A stretch of DNA of 64,000 nucleotides from an uncultured delta proteobacterium (GCA_963737265.1 CAVTRY010000013.1:416001-480000); one strand, 5' to 3'. Counted from the first letter of the stretch, positions 10,450 through 20,998 are shown. The notes: generated by a model from the sequence alone, not told the origin. Translations and numbers: made by a program.

Positions 10450-10647
10450 CTACTCGATCGAATCCGGGGCGAGGTTGATCGGCATCCCGACAATTTGGCT
10501 GGATAGGCTTCCGGATGCGGAGCATTCGCAGACGTTGTCGCGTTCGATGATGCTTGGGACTAGGTTTTTCCTGGACTTGCTGGAGAGAAGGCTGCGTATG
10601 CGAAGCTTCCAGCTTGTGTACGCTTGGATGGCCTCCTTGGGACTCAT
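10450..10647 (-). pseudogene. Truncated or degenerate CZB (chemoreceptor zinc-binding) domain
   Basis: EAIQAYTSWKLRI...RDNVCE resembles the CZB N-half, but His is replaced by Tyr and the LGxW and second His segments are absent. Confidence 0.45.
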
Positions 10648-10884
10648 CGTGGAAGATCTATCGACCAATAATGGAAAGACCTGAAGAAGTGTCCAGAAAT
10701 CGAAGCGGACGAGGCGAGGAAGACAGTGCCCAACCATCCGCGAGAACACGATGCCCACTGCCACGGAGGAGGCGTATCACCCTGTCGAGTAGCCCGGGCC
10801 AGTCGGAAACGGCGGACACAGCCAAGGGGCGTCCTGCACACCCCCGCGCCGATCCCCGACCCGACTGCCGATCATGATGGCGGA

Positions 10885-11238
10885 TCAGGATCCGGCCGGA
10901 TCGCGCACCATGATGAGCAGCATCTTGAACTTGGTTGTCGCGTTCAGGGCGTGCGGGATCCCGGCGGGCAAGAGCACCGTCTGTCCACCGTGCGCAGGAA
11001 CTTTCTTGCCGCCGATGACCAGTTCTACCCCGCCGTCCAAGACTTGCACGATGGAGTCGAAAGGGGCCGTGTGCTCGGACAGCGCTTGACCCGCATCGAA
11101 GGCGAAAACAGTGACCGTGCCACCGTTCTTCTTCACCAGCGTGCGGCTGACCACGGAACCGTCTTGGTACGCAACCAGGGCAGCTAGTTCGACGGGCTGT
11201 GCGGCGGGCAATCCAGTTGGTACTTGTTCGAGACTCAT
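10885..11238 (-). CDS. Cupin domain protein
   Basis: VVSRTL, FAFDAGQALSEHTAPFD, PAGIPHAL. Confidence 0.88.
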   Translation of the reverse strand: MSLEQVPTGLPAAQPVELAALVAYQDGSVVSRTLVKKNGGTVTVFAFDAGQALSEHTAPFDSIVQVLDGGVELVIGGKKVPAHGGQTVLLPAGIPHALNATTKFKMLLIMVRDPAGS

Positions 11239-11669
11239 GGTCACCTCGGGTTGGGGGTTCATTCGTTGGTCGTTCGGGCCAAAGGCCGGGGCGGACCCAC
11301 AGGCGGACCCACAGGCAGGTTGTACCTCGCCGTCGCCGCTCGCGCCCCCGGGCATCGATCGGGGCAGTTTCCACCCTAGCTTACTACTGTTCGATTTGTT
11401 CGCTGCACGCAAGGACTCTTTCGGCCTCCGCGTCAAATCGTTGCTGGCGAGGCGCGTGCCCGTGGTCGAGCTGATCGACGACAAACGCCTACGCATCGTG
11501 GACCGGAACGTACTCAAAGTCTGAGCGAATAGGGTTCAACACCAGGTACACCCCCTCATTCATTCTCCTGCCGAGACAACCTGGCACACAACGTAAGCCT
11601 TGACGAAAACGCCAACTTTGGGGTTGAAAATCACTCCCGGATGAGTCCTATTTGTGCGTACCTCGTTTA

Positions 11670-11760
11670 GGCGAGTCCGGGGCGCTGGGCTGAGATCGGG
11701 ACAGGAGCCGTCCCGGAAGCCTTCGAACCTGATGCGTTTCGCACCGCCGTAGGGAAAACG
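11670..11760 (+). promoter_or_regulatory. TPP riboswitch
   Basis: gggg..gctgaga, P3 hairpin (cgggac/gtcccg), gaacctgat and gtagggaa core motifs upstream of thiS. Confidence 0.88.
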
Positions 11761-11936
11761 GGTCTCGCCGCAAGAGCGGAGGGAGCCAAGGCCCAACGGT
11801 CGGTTCGGCCGCAGAAAGGCATCTCACGCATGCGGCTCTCTTTCCAGACTCACGCTTCCAATCATCCACTGCCTCCACTGCCCGGTGGCGCTGGCCTTGC
11901 CAGGGTGACTGGGCCATGACTTCTGCTCCTCCAACC

Positions 11937-12140
11937 ATGGTCGTTCACGTCAACGATGCATGCCGCATGGTCGCGAGCGGCGCACTACTCTCTACCTTGC
12001 TTGAGGAAATGGCGCTAAGCGATCAGCAAGGTTTGGCGGTGGCTGTCAATGCCGTGGTGGTTCCGCGGATGAGGTGGCCTCACCGAACCCTGCAAGAGAA
12101 CGATCAGGTAATTATCATCCGGGCGAGTCAGGGCGGATGA
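11937..12140 (+). CDS. thiS: Sulfur carrier ThiS
   Basis: [13 protein letters not shown]-terminal QGG; follows the TPP riboswitch. Confidence 0.9.
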   Translation: MVVHVNDACRMVASGALLSTLLEEMALSDQQGLAVAVNAVVVPRMRWPHRTLQENDQVIIIRASQGG

Positions 12141-12154
12141 AGGTGGTTTCACCA

Positions 12155-13282
12155 ATGACCACACCGCTGACGATCGCTGGCGTCCATTTCGATTCACGCT
12201 TGTTTCTTGGAACCGGGAAATTTGGCTCGGGGCCACGCATGCGCGAAAGCCTGGCCGCCTCGGGCACCCAGCTCGTAACGGTGGCCTTGCGCCGGGTTCG
12301 CACCGACGGCGCGCCCGACGATCTGCTCGATCATCTCGAAACCGATCGCTACCGTCTGCCGCTTTACCTTTCCAATGCCTGCGCCAACATCTGCACGTAC
12401 TGTGGATTCAGCGCGCACAACCGCATCGAACGCCTCGTGCTCGATGACCAAGCGATTCTTGCCGAGTCGGCCGTGCTGGCCAAGATGGGCATGCAGCATC
12501 TGCTCCTTCTCACCGGCGAAAGCCCGCGCGTTGGCCCGGACGATCTCGTGCGCGTCCTGCGCCTGTTGCGCGCGCGTTTCGCCAGCCTGTCTTTCGATGT
12601 GCAACCGTTCGGCATCGATGAGTACCTTCGTTTCGGCAAGGAGGGGATGAACGCGGTCGTGGTCTACCAAGAGACCTACGACCCCGTTGCCTACGCTCGC
12701 CATCACCTGCGCGGTCCCAAAGCAAACATGGTCTACCGATTGGAAACCCCCGACCGTTTGGGCCTGGCGGGGGTCAAGAAGATAGGCCTCGGCGCACTCT
12801 ATGGACTCTCGGATTGGCGGGCCGAGGCTTGGTTCGTCGGTCTTCACCTGCGCTATCTGGAGGAGAACTACTGGCGTTCGCGCACGAGTATTTCATTTCC
12901 ACGTTTGCGACCGCACCAGGGCGATGATGCCATGGCGCTGTCGGCATTCGGCGAGCGCGATCTGGTACAGGCGATCTGCGCTTTCCGAATGCTCAGTCAA
13001 GAGGTTGAATTGTCGCTTTCCACCCGTGAAAGCGCGCGTTTTCGCAACCATGTCTTGCGCCTCGGCATCACCGCGATGAGCGCCGGTTCGCGCACCAACC
13101 CGGGTGGGTACACGCACGGCCAGGCGTCGCTCGAACAATTCTCGATCGATGATTCGCGCAGCCCCGCCGAGGTCGCAGCCTTCCTGCGCGCACAGGGTTA
13201 CGAGCCGATTTGGAAGGACTGGGATGGAACCTATGACGGGCAGGTCGTGCAACGAAGAGAGCGCGAGGCGCCTGCATGTTGA
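12155..13282 (+). CDS. thiH: In-frame ThiG(N-terminal ~67 aa)::ThiH(radical SAM core) chimera
   Basis: [10 protein letters not shown] and VTVALRR (ThiG) join directly to [30 protein letters not shown] and [11 protein letters not shown] (ThiH). Confidence 0.8.
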   Translation: MTTPLTIAGVHFDSRLFLGTGKFGSGPRMRESLAASGTQLVTVALRRVRTDGAPDDLLDHLETDRYRLPLYLSNACANICTYCGFSAHNRIERLVLDDQAILAESAVLAKMGMQHLLLLTGESPRVGPDDLVRVLRLLRARFASLSFDVQPFGIDEYLRFGKEGMNAVVVYQETYDPVAYARHHLRGPKANMVYRLETPDRLGLAGVKKIGLGALYGLSDWRAEAWFVGLHLRYLEENYWRSRTSISFPRLRPHQGDDAMALSAFGERDLVQAICAFRMLSQEVELSLSTRESARFRNHVLRLGITAMSAGSRTNPGGYTHGQASLEQFSIDDSRSPAEVAAFLRAQGYEPIWKDWDGTYDGQVVQRREREAPAC

Positions 13283-14368
13283 CGGCCGAGGAACTGCGCC
13301 GCTATCGGCGCCACCTGTCCCTGCCCGGGTTCGGCCTGCCGGCGCAAGAACGATTGAAAGAGGGCAAAGTGCTGGTGATAGGCGCGGGCGGCCTCGGTTG
13401 TCCGGCCTTGCTCTATCTCGCGGCGGCTGGGGTCGGGCGGATTGTGGTCGTGGACCCGGACCGGGTCGAAGGCAGCAATTTGCAGCGGCAGGTGCTTTAT
13501 TCCGAGGAAGACATCGGCAAACCCAAGGCAGGGGTTTGTGCCGAAAGGTTGTCTGCGCTGAATTCGTTCATCGATGTGGTCGCCGTCGAGGAGCGTTTTC
13601 GACGTGAGAATGCCCTTGAGCTGGTTGGCGCCTGCGATGTGGTCGTCGATGGCTCCGATAATTTCGCCACCCGCTACCTAGTCAACGATGCGTGTGTGAT
13701 GACGGATCGCCCGTTCGTCTACGGCGCGGTCCAAGGCTTCGAGGGTCAATTGAGTGTTTTCAATTGGCGTGGCGGACCAACCTATCGCTGCCTATTCCCG
13801 TTGCCTCCACCGGCCGAGCTAGCGCCGAATTGCGCGGAGGCCGGCGTGCTGGGGATCTTACCGGGCATGGTTGGAACCTGGCAGGCTTGCGAGGCAATCA
13901 AGGTTCTGGCCGGCGTAGGCGAGCCCTTGTCCGGTAAGCTGCTCTTGTGGAATGCGCTGACGATGAACCTGCAAACGGTGAGGTTGGCCGCGGATCCGAA
14001 GAGTCGGCCGATTCGGGAGCTGAACTGCAGACACAGTATCGGTGGAGTGCGCGAGCGTGGGCCAGGAGATCGATGTTGCGGAGTTGCGGTCCATGCTTGG
14101 CGCGGGCCTGGTACAACTCATCGATGTGCGCGAGGACTGGGAAAGAGCCGAGGACGCGATCCTCCCGTCTCATCACATTCCACTCGGCCGGCTGGACCAG
14201 CCCCGTGCCGGCGATTGGGTCGAGGAAGTGAGAATCGACCTGCCCACCGTCGTGTACTGTGCAGCCGGTGTTCGGAGTTTGCGCGCCGTCGCCATCCTGC
14301 GCGAGCGATTCGGTTTTCGCGCGGCGAGAAGTCTGCGCGGCGGCATGCACGCCTGGCGGGCGAGCTGA
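13276..14368 (+). CDS. moeB: MoeB/ThiF adenylyltransferase with C-terminal rhodanese; frameshift near 14030
   Basis: [27 protein letters not shown]; rhodanese ([14 protein letters not shown]) in another frame at 14042-14368. Confidence 0.85.
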
Positions 14369-14374
14369 CGACCC

Positions 14375-16120
14375 TCACACCGAAACAGTTGGCTCCAGGG
14401 ACTCCTTCAGTATCGCGATAGCTCGAGGCAGCGATCCATCCATCTCGACTTCCACCACGCGCGGCCAGTTGTGCGCGCGGGCGATTTCCGCGAGCGCGGA
14501 GCCCATGCACCACAGTGTGTTTCCGTGGATGGGACCATGCTCTGCTCTTTCACGATCGAGAGTGTCGAGGTCACGAGCTGTCTGCACGATCCAACCGGAG
14601 AGCGGCGCGGAGCCGAGCACCAGACGCGCCGCCGCGGTCAGCGGAGCGGGCACCAAGAGGACCTCCGCACTGGCACCTTGAAGCGCCTCGCTGAGTGCCG
14701 ATGAAGGCGCGAAAAGTCCGAAGCGTGCGCCACGAAGCGGTCCTTGGGCAGAGGAATCGAGCACCTCCGCGTGCGCCACGACCTGGCCGATCACGAAGAT
14801 TGCAGGTGATCGAATCCCGCTGGACTCAGCCACCTTGGCAATATCTTTCACCAGAGCGCGCACCGAGCGTTGGCGTGGAAGGGTTCCCTGCTCGATAACC
14901 GCGGCAGGTGTCGAGCTGCTCATCCCCGCAGCCATCAGGGCGGCACTGACTTCGGCCAAGGTGCTCACCCCCATGTAGCCAACCAAGGTTGCGTGCGTAT
15001 CCTGGGCCAGAAGATCCCAGCGCACCCGCGGTGTGCCGCCTTCATGCGCGGTGAAGAAGGTCAGGCGAACCGCCTCGCCCCGATAGGTTACAGGGATGCC
15101 CGCCGCCGCAGGGACGGCGATGCCCGCGGTCACGCCTGGAACGACCTCGCAAGCAATGCCCTCCTGCCCAAGTGCGAGAGCTTCCTCGCCACCGCGCGCG
15201 AAGACGAAGGGATCGCCGCCTTTGAGCCGCACCACACGCTTGCCCGCGCGAGCGAGCCGCAACAACAATGCGTTGATCTGCTCCTGTGGCACCGGGTGCC
15301 GACCCGTTTCCTTGCCGACATTGTGGAGCTCGACGTCGTCCGGGAGATCGAGCGGAATCGCTGGGATCGCGAGCCGGTCGAAGACGACGGCGTCGGCGGA
15401 TCGCAAACGGTCCAAGCCCTGAACCGTGAGCAGTCCAGGGTTCCCCGGACCCGCGCCGACGAGTGAGACGCTGCCCACGCAACCTGGAACGCTCTTGCCC
15501 TCGGGGGACGACCACGTCATCTCCTCCCGCTCGGTAGGGATCCTGACTGCCAGAGCGTGTTCGTCCACGGTGTGTGTGAAAAACCGATCATAGCTTTCAT
15601 CCGCGGTGGCGCGCGAAAGACCTTGGGCTTGCACGCGCCGGCGAAAACGCCTGGCCGCCGCAATCCAGTCCGACCACAGCGGGCCGATTCTGCGTTCGAA
15701 CAACGCGCGCAGCCGGCTCACGGCGAAGGGCGCCCCTCCGCCAGATGCGATGCTGAGCTGAAGATCCCCGCGCTGAACGACCGCCGGCAAGTAGAAATCG
15801 CATAAATCGGGCACGTCTGCGACATTGACCCAAATGCCCCGCTGTCTCCCAGCCTTGGCGACCCGGCCGTCAACCTCGCGATCGCCAGTGGCGACCAAGA
15901 CAATTTGGCAATCCGTCACATCGGAATCATCAAAGCGCCGTTCCAGCAGCGTGATCTTCCCCTCGGCGGCGAGCCGCACGATAGGCGGTATCGCATGGGG
16001 CGCAACCACTGTCACCGCCGCGCCTTCTGAGAGAAGGCGTAGCAGTTTTCGGTACGCGATTTCGCCAGCCCCCACCAGGAGACAGCGGCGGCCACGCAGG
16101 TCGAGCATGACTGGGTACAT
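14375..16120 (-). CDS. cysG: Siroheme synthase (dehydrogenase/ferrochelatase + uroporphyrinogen-III methyltransferase) with C-terminal extension
   Basis: MYPVMLDL, VNVAD.PDLCDF, VGAGPG, RLKGGDPFVFARGGEE. Confidence 0.9.
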   Translation of the reverse strand: MYPVMLDLRGRRCLLVGAGEIAYRKLLRLLSEGAAVTVVAPHAIPPIVRLAAEGKITLLERRFDDSDVTDCQIVLVATGDREVDGRVAKAGRQRGIWVNVADVPDLCDFYLPAVVQRGDLQLSIASGGGAPFAVSRLRALFERRIGPLWSDWIAAARRFRRRVQAQGLSRATADESYDRFFTHTVDEHALAVRIPTEREEMTWSSPEGKSVPGCVGSVSLVGAGPGNPGLLTVQGLDRLRSADAVVFDRLAIPAIPLDLPDDVELHNVGKETGRHPVPQEQINALLLRLARAGKRVVRLKGGDPFVFARGGEEALALGQEGIACEVVPGVTAGIAVPAAAGIPVTYRGEAVRLTFFTAHEGGTPRVRWDLLAQDTHATLVGYMGVSTLAEVSAALMAAGMSSSTPAAVIEQGTLPRQRSVRALVKDIAKVAESSGIRSPAIFVIGQVVAHAEVLDSSAQGPLRGARFGLFAPSSALSEALQGASAEVLLVPAPLTAAARLVLGSAPLSGWIVQTARDLDTLDRERAEHGPIHGNTLWCMGSALAEIARAHNWPRVVEVEMDGSLPRAIAILKESLEPTVSV

Positions 16121-16230
16121 CAATCCCTCATTCTGGCACTCGTGGCTTGAAAGGCACGCGGGTCCGAATCCTCACACCATGGGCGATCGAAAACGATTCG
16201 ACCATGGTTGCCGAGCGCCACTTTGGCTTC

Positions 16231-19083
16231 TCAGGCAACTGAGGAGACGACTGCGATAGGCGATTCAGTTCGAAGCGGCTGCCCCTTCAGTTCAGCCGCT
16301 GGCGGAAGCTCGACCAGCACGTCCTCGCCGTCGATCCTAACCGGAAATGTCTCGATTTTCGCGAGGTCGCCCGTCAGACACTCGCCGCTGCGAAGATCGA
16401 ACGTGTTCTTGTGCAGTGGGCATGCCACCTTGGGCTTGCCGGTGACGTCGCCAAGAATTCCCCGAGCGAGAACCATCTGCTGCTTGTGGGGGCAAAGGTT
16501 TTCGCTGGCGTACCATTCTCCCCGCGTGGCGAAGTTGAAGATGGCTATTTCGGTTTCGCCATAGCGGGCGGCGATTCCCCCGTCGCGCGGCACCTCGGAA
16601 ACCCTGGCCAGGCGAACCCACGTTCGCTGCGCGGACTGACGCGCCAGCGGCCAACCGGCTTTCCGCGCGTACTGCTGAAATTGGGCGCGGCGCTCGGGAT
16701 CGCGAAGCACGCCCGCCCATTCGCACTCGTAGGTGTCGACCAGGTATTGCAGGGCGCGTTCGAGCTCCGCGGCGATGCCGAGCGCATCTTCGACGATGAT
16801 CTCGCGCAGGCGCTCGATGCCGCCTTCCATCTTGTCGAGCCAAACCGCGGTGCGCGTCAGCCGATCCGCGGTACGAATGTAGAACATGATGAAGCGGTCG
16901 AGGTAGCGCACGGCGGTCTCGCCGTCGACGTCCTTGGCAAGAATATCGGCGTGGCGGGGGTGCGAGCCACCGTTGCCACAAACATAGATATTCCAGCCCT
17001 TCTCGGTGGCAATGAGGCCGAAATCCTTGCCCTGCGCCTCGGCGCACTCGCGAATGCAACCGCTCACCGCGCTCTTGAGCTTATGAGGCGCACGAATGCC
17101 CTTGTAGCGCTCTTCGAGGCGAATCGCCATGGCGGTGGAATCCTGCACGCCGAAACGGCACCAAGTCGTTCCCACGCAGCTCTTCACCGTGCGCAGTGCC
17201 TTGCCGTAGGCGTGACCGCTTTCGAAGCCCGCCTTGACCAATTCTTCCCAAATGCTGGGCAGGTCTTCGAGGTGCGCGCCCAGTAGATCCACGCGCTGGC
17301 CGCCGGTGATCTTGGTGTAAAGACCGTACTTGCGCGCGACCTGTCCGAGCACAATCAACTTCTCGGCGGTGATTTCGCCGCCGGCAACACGCGGGATGAC
17401 CGAATAGGTTCCGTTGCGCTGAATGTTCGCCAAAAAGCGGTCGTTGGTGTCTTGCAGCGGACGATGCTCTTGCTTGAGCACCGGCTCGTTGAAAAGGCTG
17501 GCCAAAATCGAAGCGACCGTCGGCTTGCATACTTCGCAGCCATTGCCCTGGCCATGCTCGGCAATGAGCTGATCGAAGGTGCGAATGCGTTTGGCCGCGA
17601 CAATCTGAAAGAGATCCTGCCTCGTATAGGCAAAATGCTCGCACAAACGCGGCCGCACCGCCTTGCCCAAGGCCTTGAGCTCGGCCCCGAGTAAGTCGTT
17701 CACCACCGGCAGGCAGCCGCCGCATCCGGTGCCCGCGCGCGTGTGCAGCTTGAGCAGATCCACGGTGATGCAATCGGCATCGCGCACGCAGGTGCGGATG
17801 CGTCCGGCGGAAACGCTGTTGCATGAGCAAACCGGCGCGTCGTCCGGCAAAACGAAGTTCTTGACCGCCGCTCCTCCCGGCGTCATGCCCAATTCGTCGA
17901 GCCCGTCGGAAAGCATGGCTTGCGAGCGCGAGAGATACTGCAGCCGGCCGTAATCCTTGGCATCGCCCACCAGGATGCCGCCGAGGAGGCGTTTGCTTTC
18001 GGTGTCCACCACCAGTTTCTTGTAGGTGCGCCGGATTTGGTCTTCGAACGAAAGCACCCGCGTCGTGGGCCCGGTGACAAACGGATCACCGAAGGATGCG
18101 ACGTCGGTGCCCATCAGCTTGAGTTTGGCGGACAGATCCCCGCCGACGAAGGTCGCTTGTTCGCCGGCGATCGACTTGGCCAAGGCATCCGCCATCTCGT
18201 AGCCGGGCGCCACCAGGCCGTAAATCATGCCTTGATGAAGCGCCACCTCGCCGATGGCGAAGATGCGCGGATCGCTCGTGCGCAGGTCATCGTCCACCAC
18301 CACGCCTCCACGCGGCCCCACGTCAAGCGCGGCTCTGCGCGCAAGCTCGTCGCGCGGGCGGATGCCGGCCGAGATGATGACGATGTCGACCTCGACGACT
18401 TCGCCATCGGACAATTCGACACCGCACACGGATTCTTCGCCCACGAAACGCGAGATGCGACGATCGATGTGGACAATCACGCCGAGATCGCGAATCGACT
18501 GTTCGAGCAAGGCCGAGGCCGCGGCGTCGAGTTGGCGCGGCATGAGGCGGGTGGCCACTTCCACCACATGGGTTTCGAGGCCGCAATCCTGGACGGCTCG
18601 CGCGGCCTCAAGCCCCAGTAATCCACCACCGATGACGGCCGCTCGGCGCTTGCCAGCGGCGTGCGCGATGATGGATTCGAGATCCTCGATGGTGCGGTAG
18701 ACGAACACGCCCTTCTTGTCGACGCCCGGGACCGGCGGAACGAACGGCGCCGATCCGGTGGCGAGCACCAGCCAGTCGTAGCCGTGGGATTCGCCGTTCG
18801 CGGTCGCGACCTGGCGAGATGTTCGGTCTATATCGACCACCGTTGCCCCGGTGAGAAGCCGGATGTCGCGCTCCGCGTACCAGGCCGTGGTGCCGATCGC
18901 CAGCTTGTCGGCCGAGCGGTCCTTGAAATATTCGGTCAGATGAACGCGGTCGTAGGCCGGTCGCGGCTCTTCGCCGAGCACGGTCACGTGAAAGGCATGG
19001 CTGCGGTCGTACTCCACCAGCTTCTCGCAGAAGCGGTGGCCGACCATTCCGTTACCGACCACGACGAGCGCGCCGGAAGTCAT
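16231..19083 (-). CDS. nirB: NAD(P)H nitrite reductase large subunit fused to a NirD Rieske domain
   Basis: GNGMVG, GGGLLG, BFD CSCN/GCGGC, siroheme KSCVG..WC and GCIRECAE; C-terminal NLCPH and VACPLH. Confidence 0.95.
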   Translation of the reverse strand: MTSGALVVVGNGMVGHRFCEKLVEYDRSHAFHVTVLGEEPRPAYDRVHLTEYFKDRSADKLAIGTTAWYAERDIRLLTGATVVDIDRTSRQVATANGESHGYDWLVLATGSAPFVPPVPGVDKKGVFVYRTIEDLESIIAHAAGKRRAAVIGGGLLGLEAARAVQDCGLETHVVEVATRLMPRQLDAAASALLEQSIRDLGVIVHIDRRISRFVGEESVCGVELSDGEVVEVDIVIISAGIRPRDELARRAALDVGPRGGVVVDDDLRTSDPRIFAIGEVALHQGMIYGLVAPGYEMADALAKSIAGEQATFVGGDLSAKLKLMGTDVASFGDPFVTGPTTRVLSFEDQIRRTYKKLVVDTESKRLLGGILVGDAKDYGRLQYLSRSQAMLSDGLDELGMTPGGAAVKNFVLPDDAPVCSCNSVSAGRIRTCVRDADCITVDLLKLHTRAGTGCGGCLPVVNDLLGAELKALGKAVRPRLCEHFAYTRQDLFQIVAAKRIRTFDQLIAEHGQGNGCEVCKPTVASILASLFNEPVLKQEHRPLQDTNDRFLANIQRNGTYSVIPRVAGGEITAEKLIVLGQVARKYGLYTKITGGQRVDLLGAHLEDLPSIWEELVKAGFESGHAYGKALRTVKSCVGTTWCRFGVQDSTAMAIRLEERYKGIRAPHKLKSAVSGCIRECAEAQGKDFGLIATEKGWNIYVCGNGGSHPRHADILAKDVDGETAVRYLDRFIMFYIRTADRLTRTAVWLDKMEGGIERLREIIVEDALGIAAELERALQYLVDTYECEWAGVLRDPERRAQFQQYARKAGWPLARQSAQRTWVRLARVSEVPRDGGIAARYGETEIAIFNFATRGEWYASENLCPHKQQMVLARGILGDVTGKPKVACPLHKNTFDLRSGECLTGDLAKIETFPVRIDGEDVLVELPPAAELKGQPLRTESPIAVVSSVA

Positions 19084-19472
19084 ACCTTCTCCAGCGAGCC
19101 GCTCGCATCCGCGGCCGACCGATTGTAAAGGTTGAGCGCTTCCATGGCCTGGCGGCGCACGTACCTTGCCGTCTCGTCGCCTTCATCGGCGTCCTGACAG
19201 CGGCTGAGGATGAGAACCAGCGCGTCGCGCGCCAGGCGCAGCTCGTGCACAAGCCACATCACGTCGGCGAAGCATTCGTGCTTGGGGCTGCGGTAGGTTC
19301 GCTCCAGGTCGCGCAGTCGCCACTCCATTTTGTTGCCACGGTTCGCGGCCTTCCCATCGCCGTAACAGTCGGGACAGCTGACCGCCCCATGCTCGGCCAC
19401 GATCTCACCCGTACCATAACAAGTATCGCAGCCGCTAGTCTCATCCGGCGCGGTCCCTCGTCGTTCGCTCAT
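19080..19472 (-). CDS. Small protein with DnaJ-type zinc finger
   Basis: CDTCYGTG and CPDCYGDG; stop overlaps the nirB start (ATGA). Confidence 0.75.
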   Translation of the reverse strand: MSERRGTAPDETSGCDTCYGTGEIVAEHGAVSCPDCYGDGKAANRGNKMEWRLRDLERTYRSPKHECFADVMWLVHELRLARDALVLILSRCQDADEGDETARYVRRQAMEALNLYNRSAADASGSLEKV

Positions 19473-19684
19473 CGTTCACCTGCTAACACGAACCAGCTAC
19501 CACGTCCCATGTTTCGCAACTGTTTCCTGGCCGATAATCTTCGGTACAAATCGGGGACTTCGTTGGTCGCATTGCCTTTTCGAAACTGCGCACTGCAAAC
19601 TCCAGACCGCCGCTACACCGACGCGAAATTACCCACATGAAACCTGCCCGACATAGAAAACCGGATACGTTTCATCCTGTATTT

Positions 19685-19740
19685 CAACCCCTGTGTTGCA
19701 ACCCCTGTGTTGCAACCCCTGTATTGCAACCCCTGTATTG
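19685..19740. repeat. Four tandem 14-bp repeats CAACCCCTGT(G/A)TTG
   Basis: Directly visible, ending 5 nt before the AAGGAG RBS of the nitrate transporter. Confidence 0.95.
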
Positions 19741-19758
19741 CGCCCAAGGAGAAGATCG

Positions 19759-20991
19759 ATGAACCTCGCTTCGTTTCGAAAAACGGGGAACTGGAAAAGC
19801 CTCCTGTCGGGCTTTCTCTACTTCGACGTGAGCTTTATGATCTGGGTGTTGTGCGGCGCGGTCGCCTTGTACATCTCCGCCGATTTCAAGTTGAACGACT
19901 CGCAGAAGGCGCTGATGGTTTCGATACCGACCTTGGGCGGCGCCCTGCTTCGCATCCCGATGGGAATCCTGGCCGACCACATCGGTTGCCGAAAGACGGG
20001 TCTGCTCGGCATGGCAATCACCTTCGTGCCGCTTTTGTGGGCATGCTTCGCCGGCACCAGCTTCCACCAGGCGCTGGGCTTCGGGCTTCTTCTCGGCATC
20101 GCGGGAGCGAGCTTCGGCGTCGCCTTGCCGCTGGCCAGCCGCTGGTACCCGCCCAAGTACCAGGGCGTTGCCATGGGCATTGCCGGCGCGGGAAACAGCG
20201 GCACGGCGTTGTCGACCTTCTTCGCCCCGCATATCGCCGAGCGCTTTGGTTGGCACGCCGTCTTCGGCGTCGCGATGGTTCCCCTGGCGCTGGTGTTCGT
20301 CGCCTACTTTGTCATGGCCAAGGATGCGCCCAATCGCCCGCCGGCCAAGAAGGTCTCCGAATACCTCGCCATTTTCAGTCAGATCGACATCGCCTGGTTT
20401 TCGCTTCTCTACGCCATCACGTTTGGCGGATTCGTGGGCCTGTCGACCTACCTCGGCATCGTGTTCAACGACATCTATGGCGTCAAGGCCGTGGCGGGCG
20501 GACTCACCAAGGTCCAGGTTGGCTATTTGGTGACGGCGACCGTTATTGCCGGGAGCTTCTTCCGCCCTGTTGGCGGCTGGATCGCCGACAAAATCGGCGG
20601 CATGCGTTTGCTCACCGGCCTTTACGCCACCGTTGCCGCGTGCGCCTTCTTAGTGTCGACGATGCCGCGTTCGTTCCTGCTCATGTTGGCCATCGCCGGC
20701 GTGATGATGGCTTGCCTCGGCATGGGCAACGGCGCTGTCTTTCAGCTGGTGCCCCAGCGCTTCACGAAGGAAATCGGCGTTGCCACGGGTATCATCGGCG
20801 CGGCCGGAGGGTTTGGCGGGTTCGCGCTTACCAACTTCGTGCTCGGTCCGCTCAAACACAGCACAGGCACCCATGTCGCCGGTTTCTTAACGGTCGCGTT
20901 CCTGGTGCTTTCGGTGCTGGGAGTCTTCACGGTCGTCAGCGTCCGCTGGCGCCGCGGCTGGGCCGCACAGACCGAGGCGGTCAGATTCTAG
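19759..20991 (+). CDS. narK: Nitrate/nitrite MFS transporter (NarK/NasA family)
   Basis: FLYFDVSFMIW, LRIPMG, GIAGAGNSG, GMGNGAVFQLVP. Confidence 0.92.
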   Translation: MNLASFRKTGNWKSLLSGFLYFDVSFMIWVLCGAVALYISADFKLNDSQKALMVSIPTLGGALLRIPMGILADHIGCRKTGLLGMAITFVPLLWACFAGTSFHQALGFGLLLGIAGASFGVALPLASRWYPPKYQGVAMGIAGAGNSGTALSTFFAPHIAERFGWHAVFGVAMVPLALVFVAYFVMAKDAPNRPPAKKVSEYLAIFSQIDIAWFSLLYAITFGGFVGLSTYLGIVFNDIYGVKAVAGGLTKVQVGYLVTATVIAGSFFRPVGGWIADKIGGMRLLTGLYATVAACAFLVSTMPRSFLLMLAIAGVMMACLGMGNGAVFQLVPQRFTKEIGVATGIIGAAGGFGGFALTNFVLGPLKHSTGTHVAGFLTVAFLVLSVLGVFTVVSVRWRRGWAAQTEAVRF

Positions 20992-20998
20992 AAGACGC

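Noticed and set aside
11380-11524. Possible C-terminal gene shard (...VVELIDDKRLRIVDRNVLKV*)
   Set aside because: Protein-like, but I cannot assign a family
14020-14045. Programmed frameshift in moeB
   Set aside because: No slippery run seen; indel errors are evident in proS
19473-19680. Sigma54 promoter or ANTAR hairpins for the nitrate genes
   Set aside because: Candidates have wrong GG-GC spacing or unpaired stems
19685-19740. CRISPR array
   Set aside because: 14-bp units with no spacers and no cas genes
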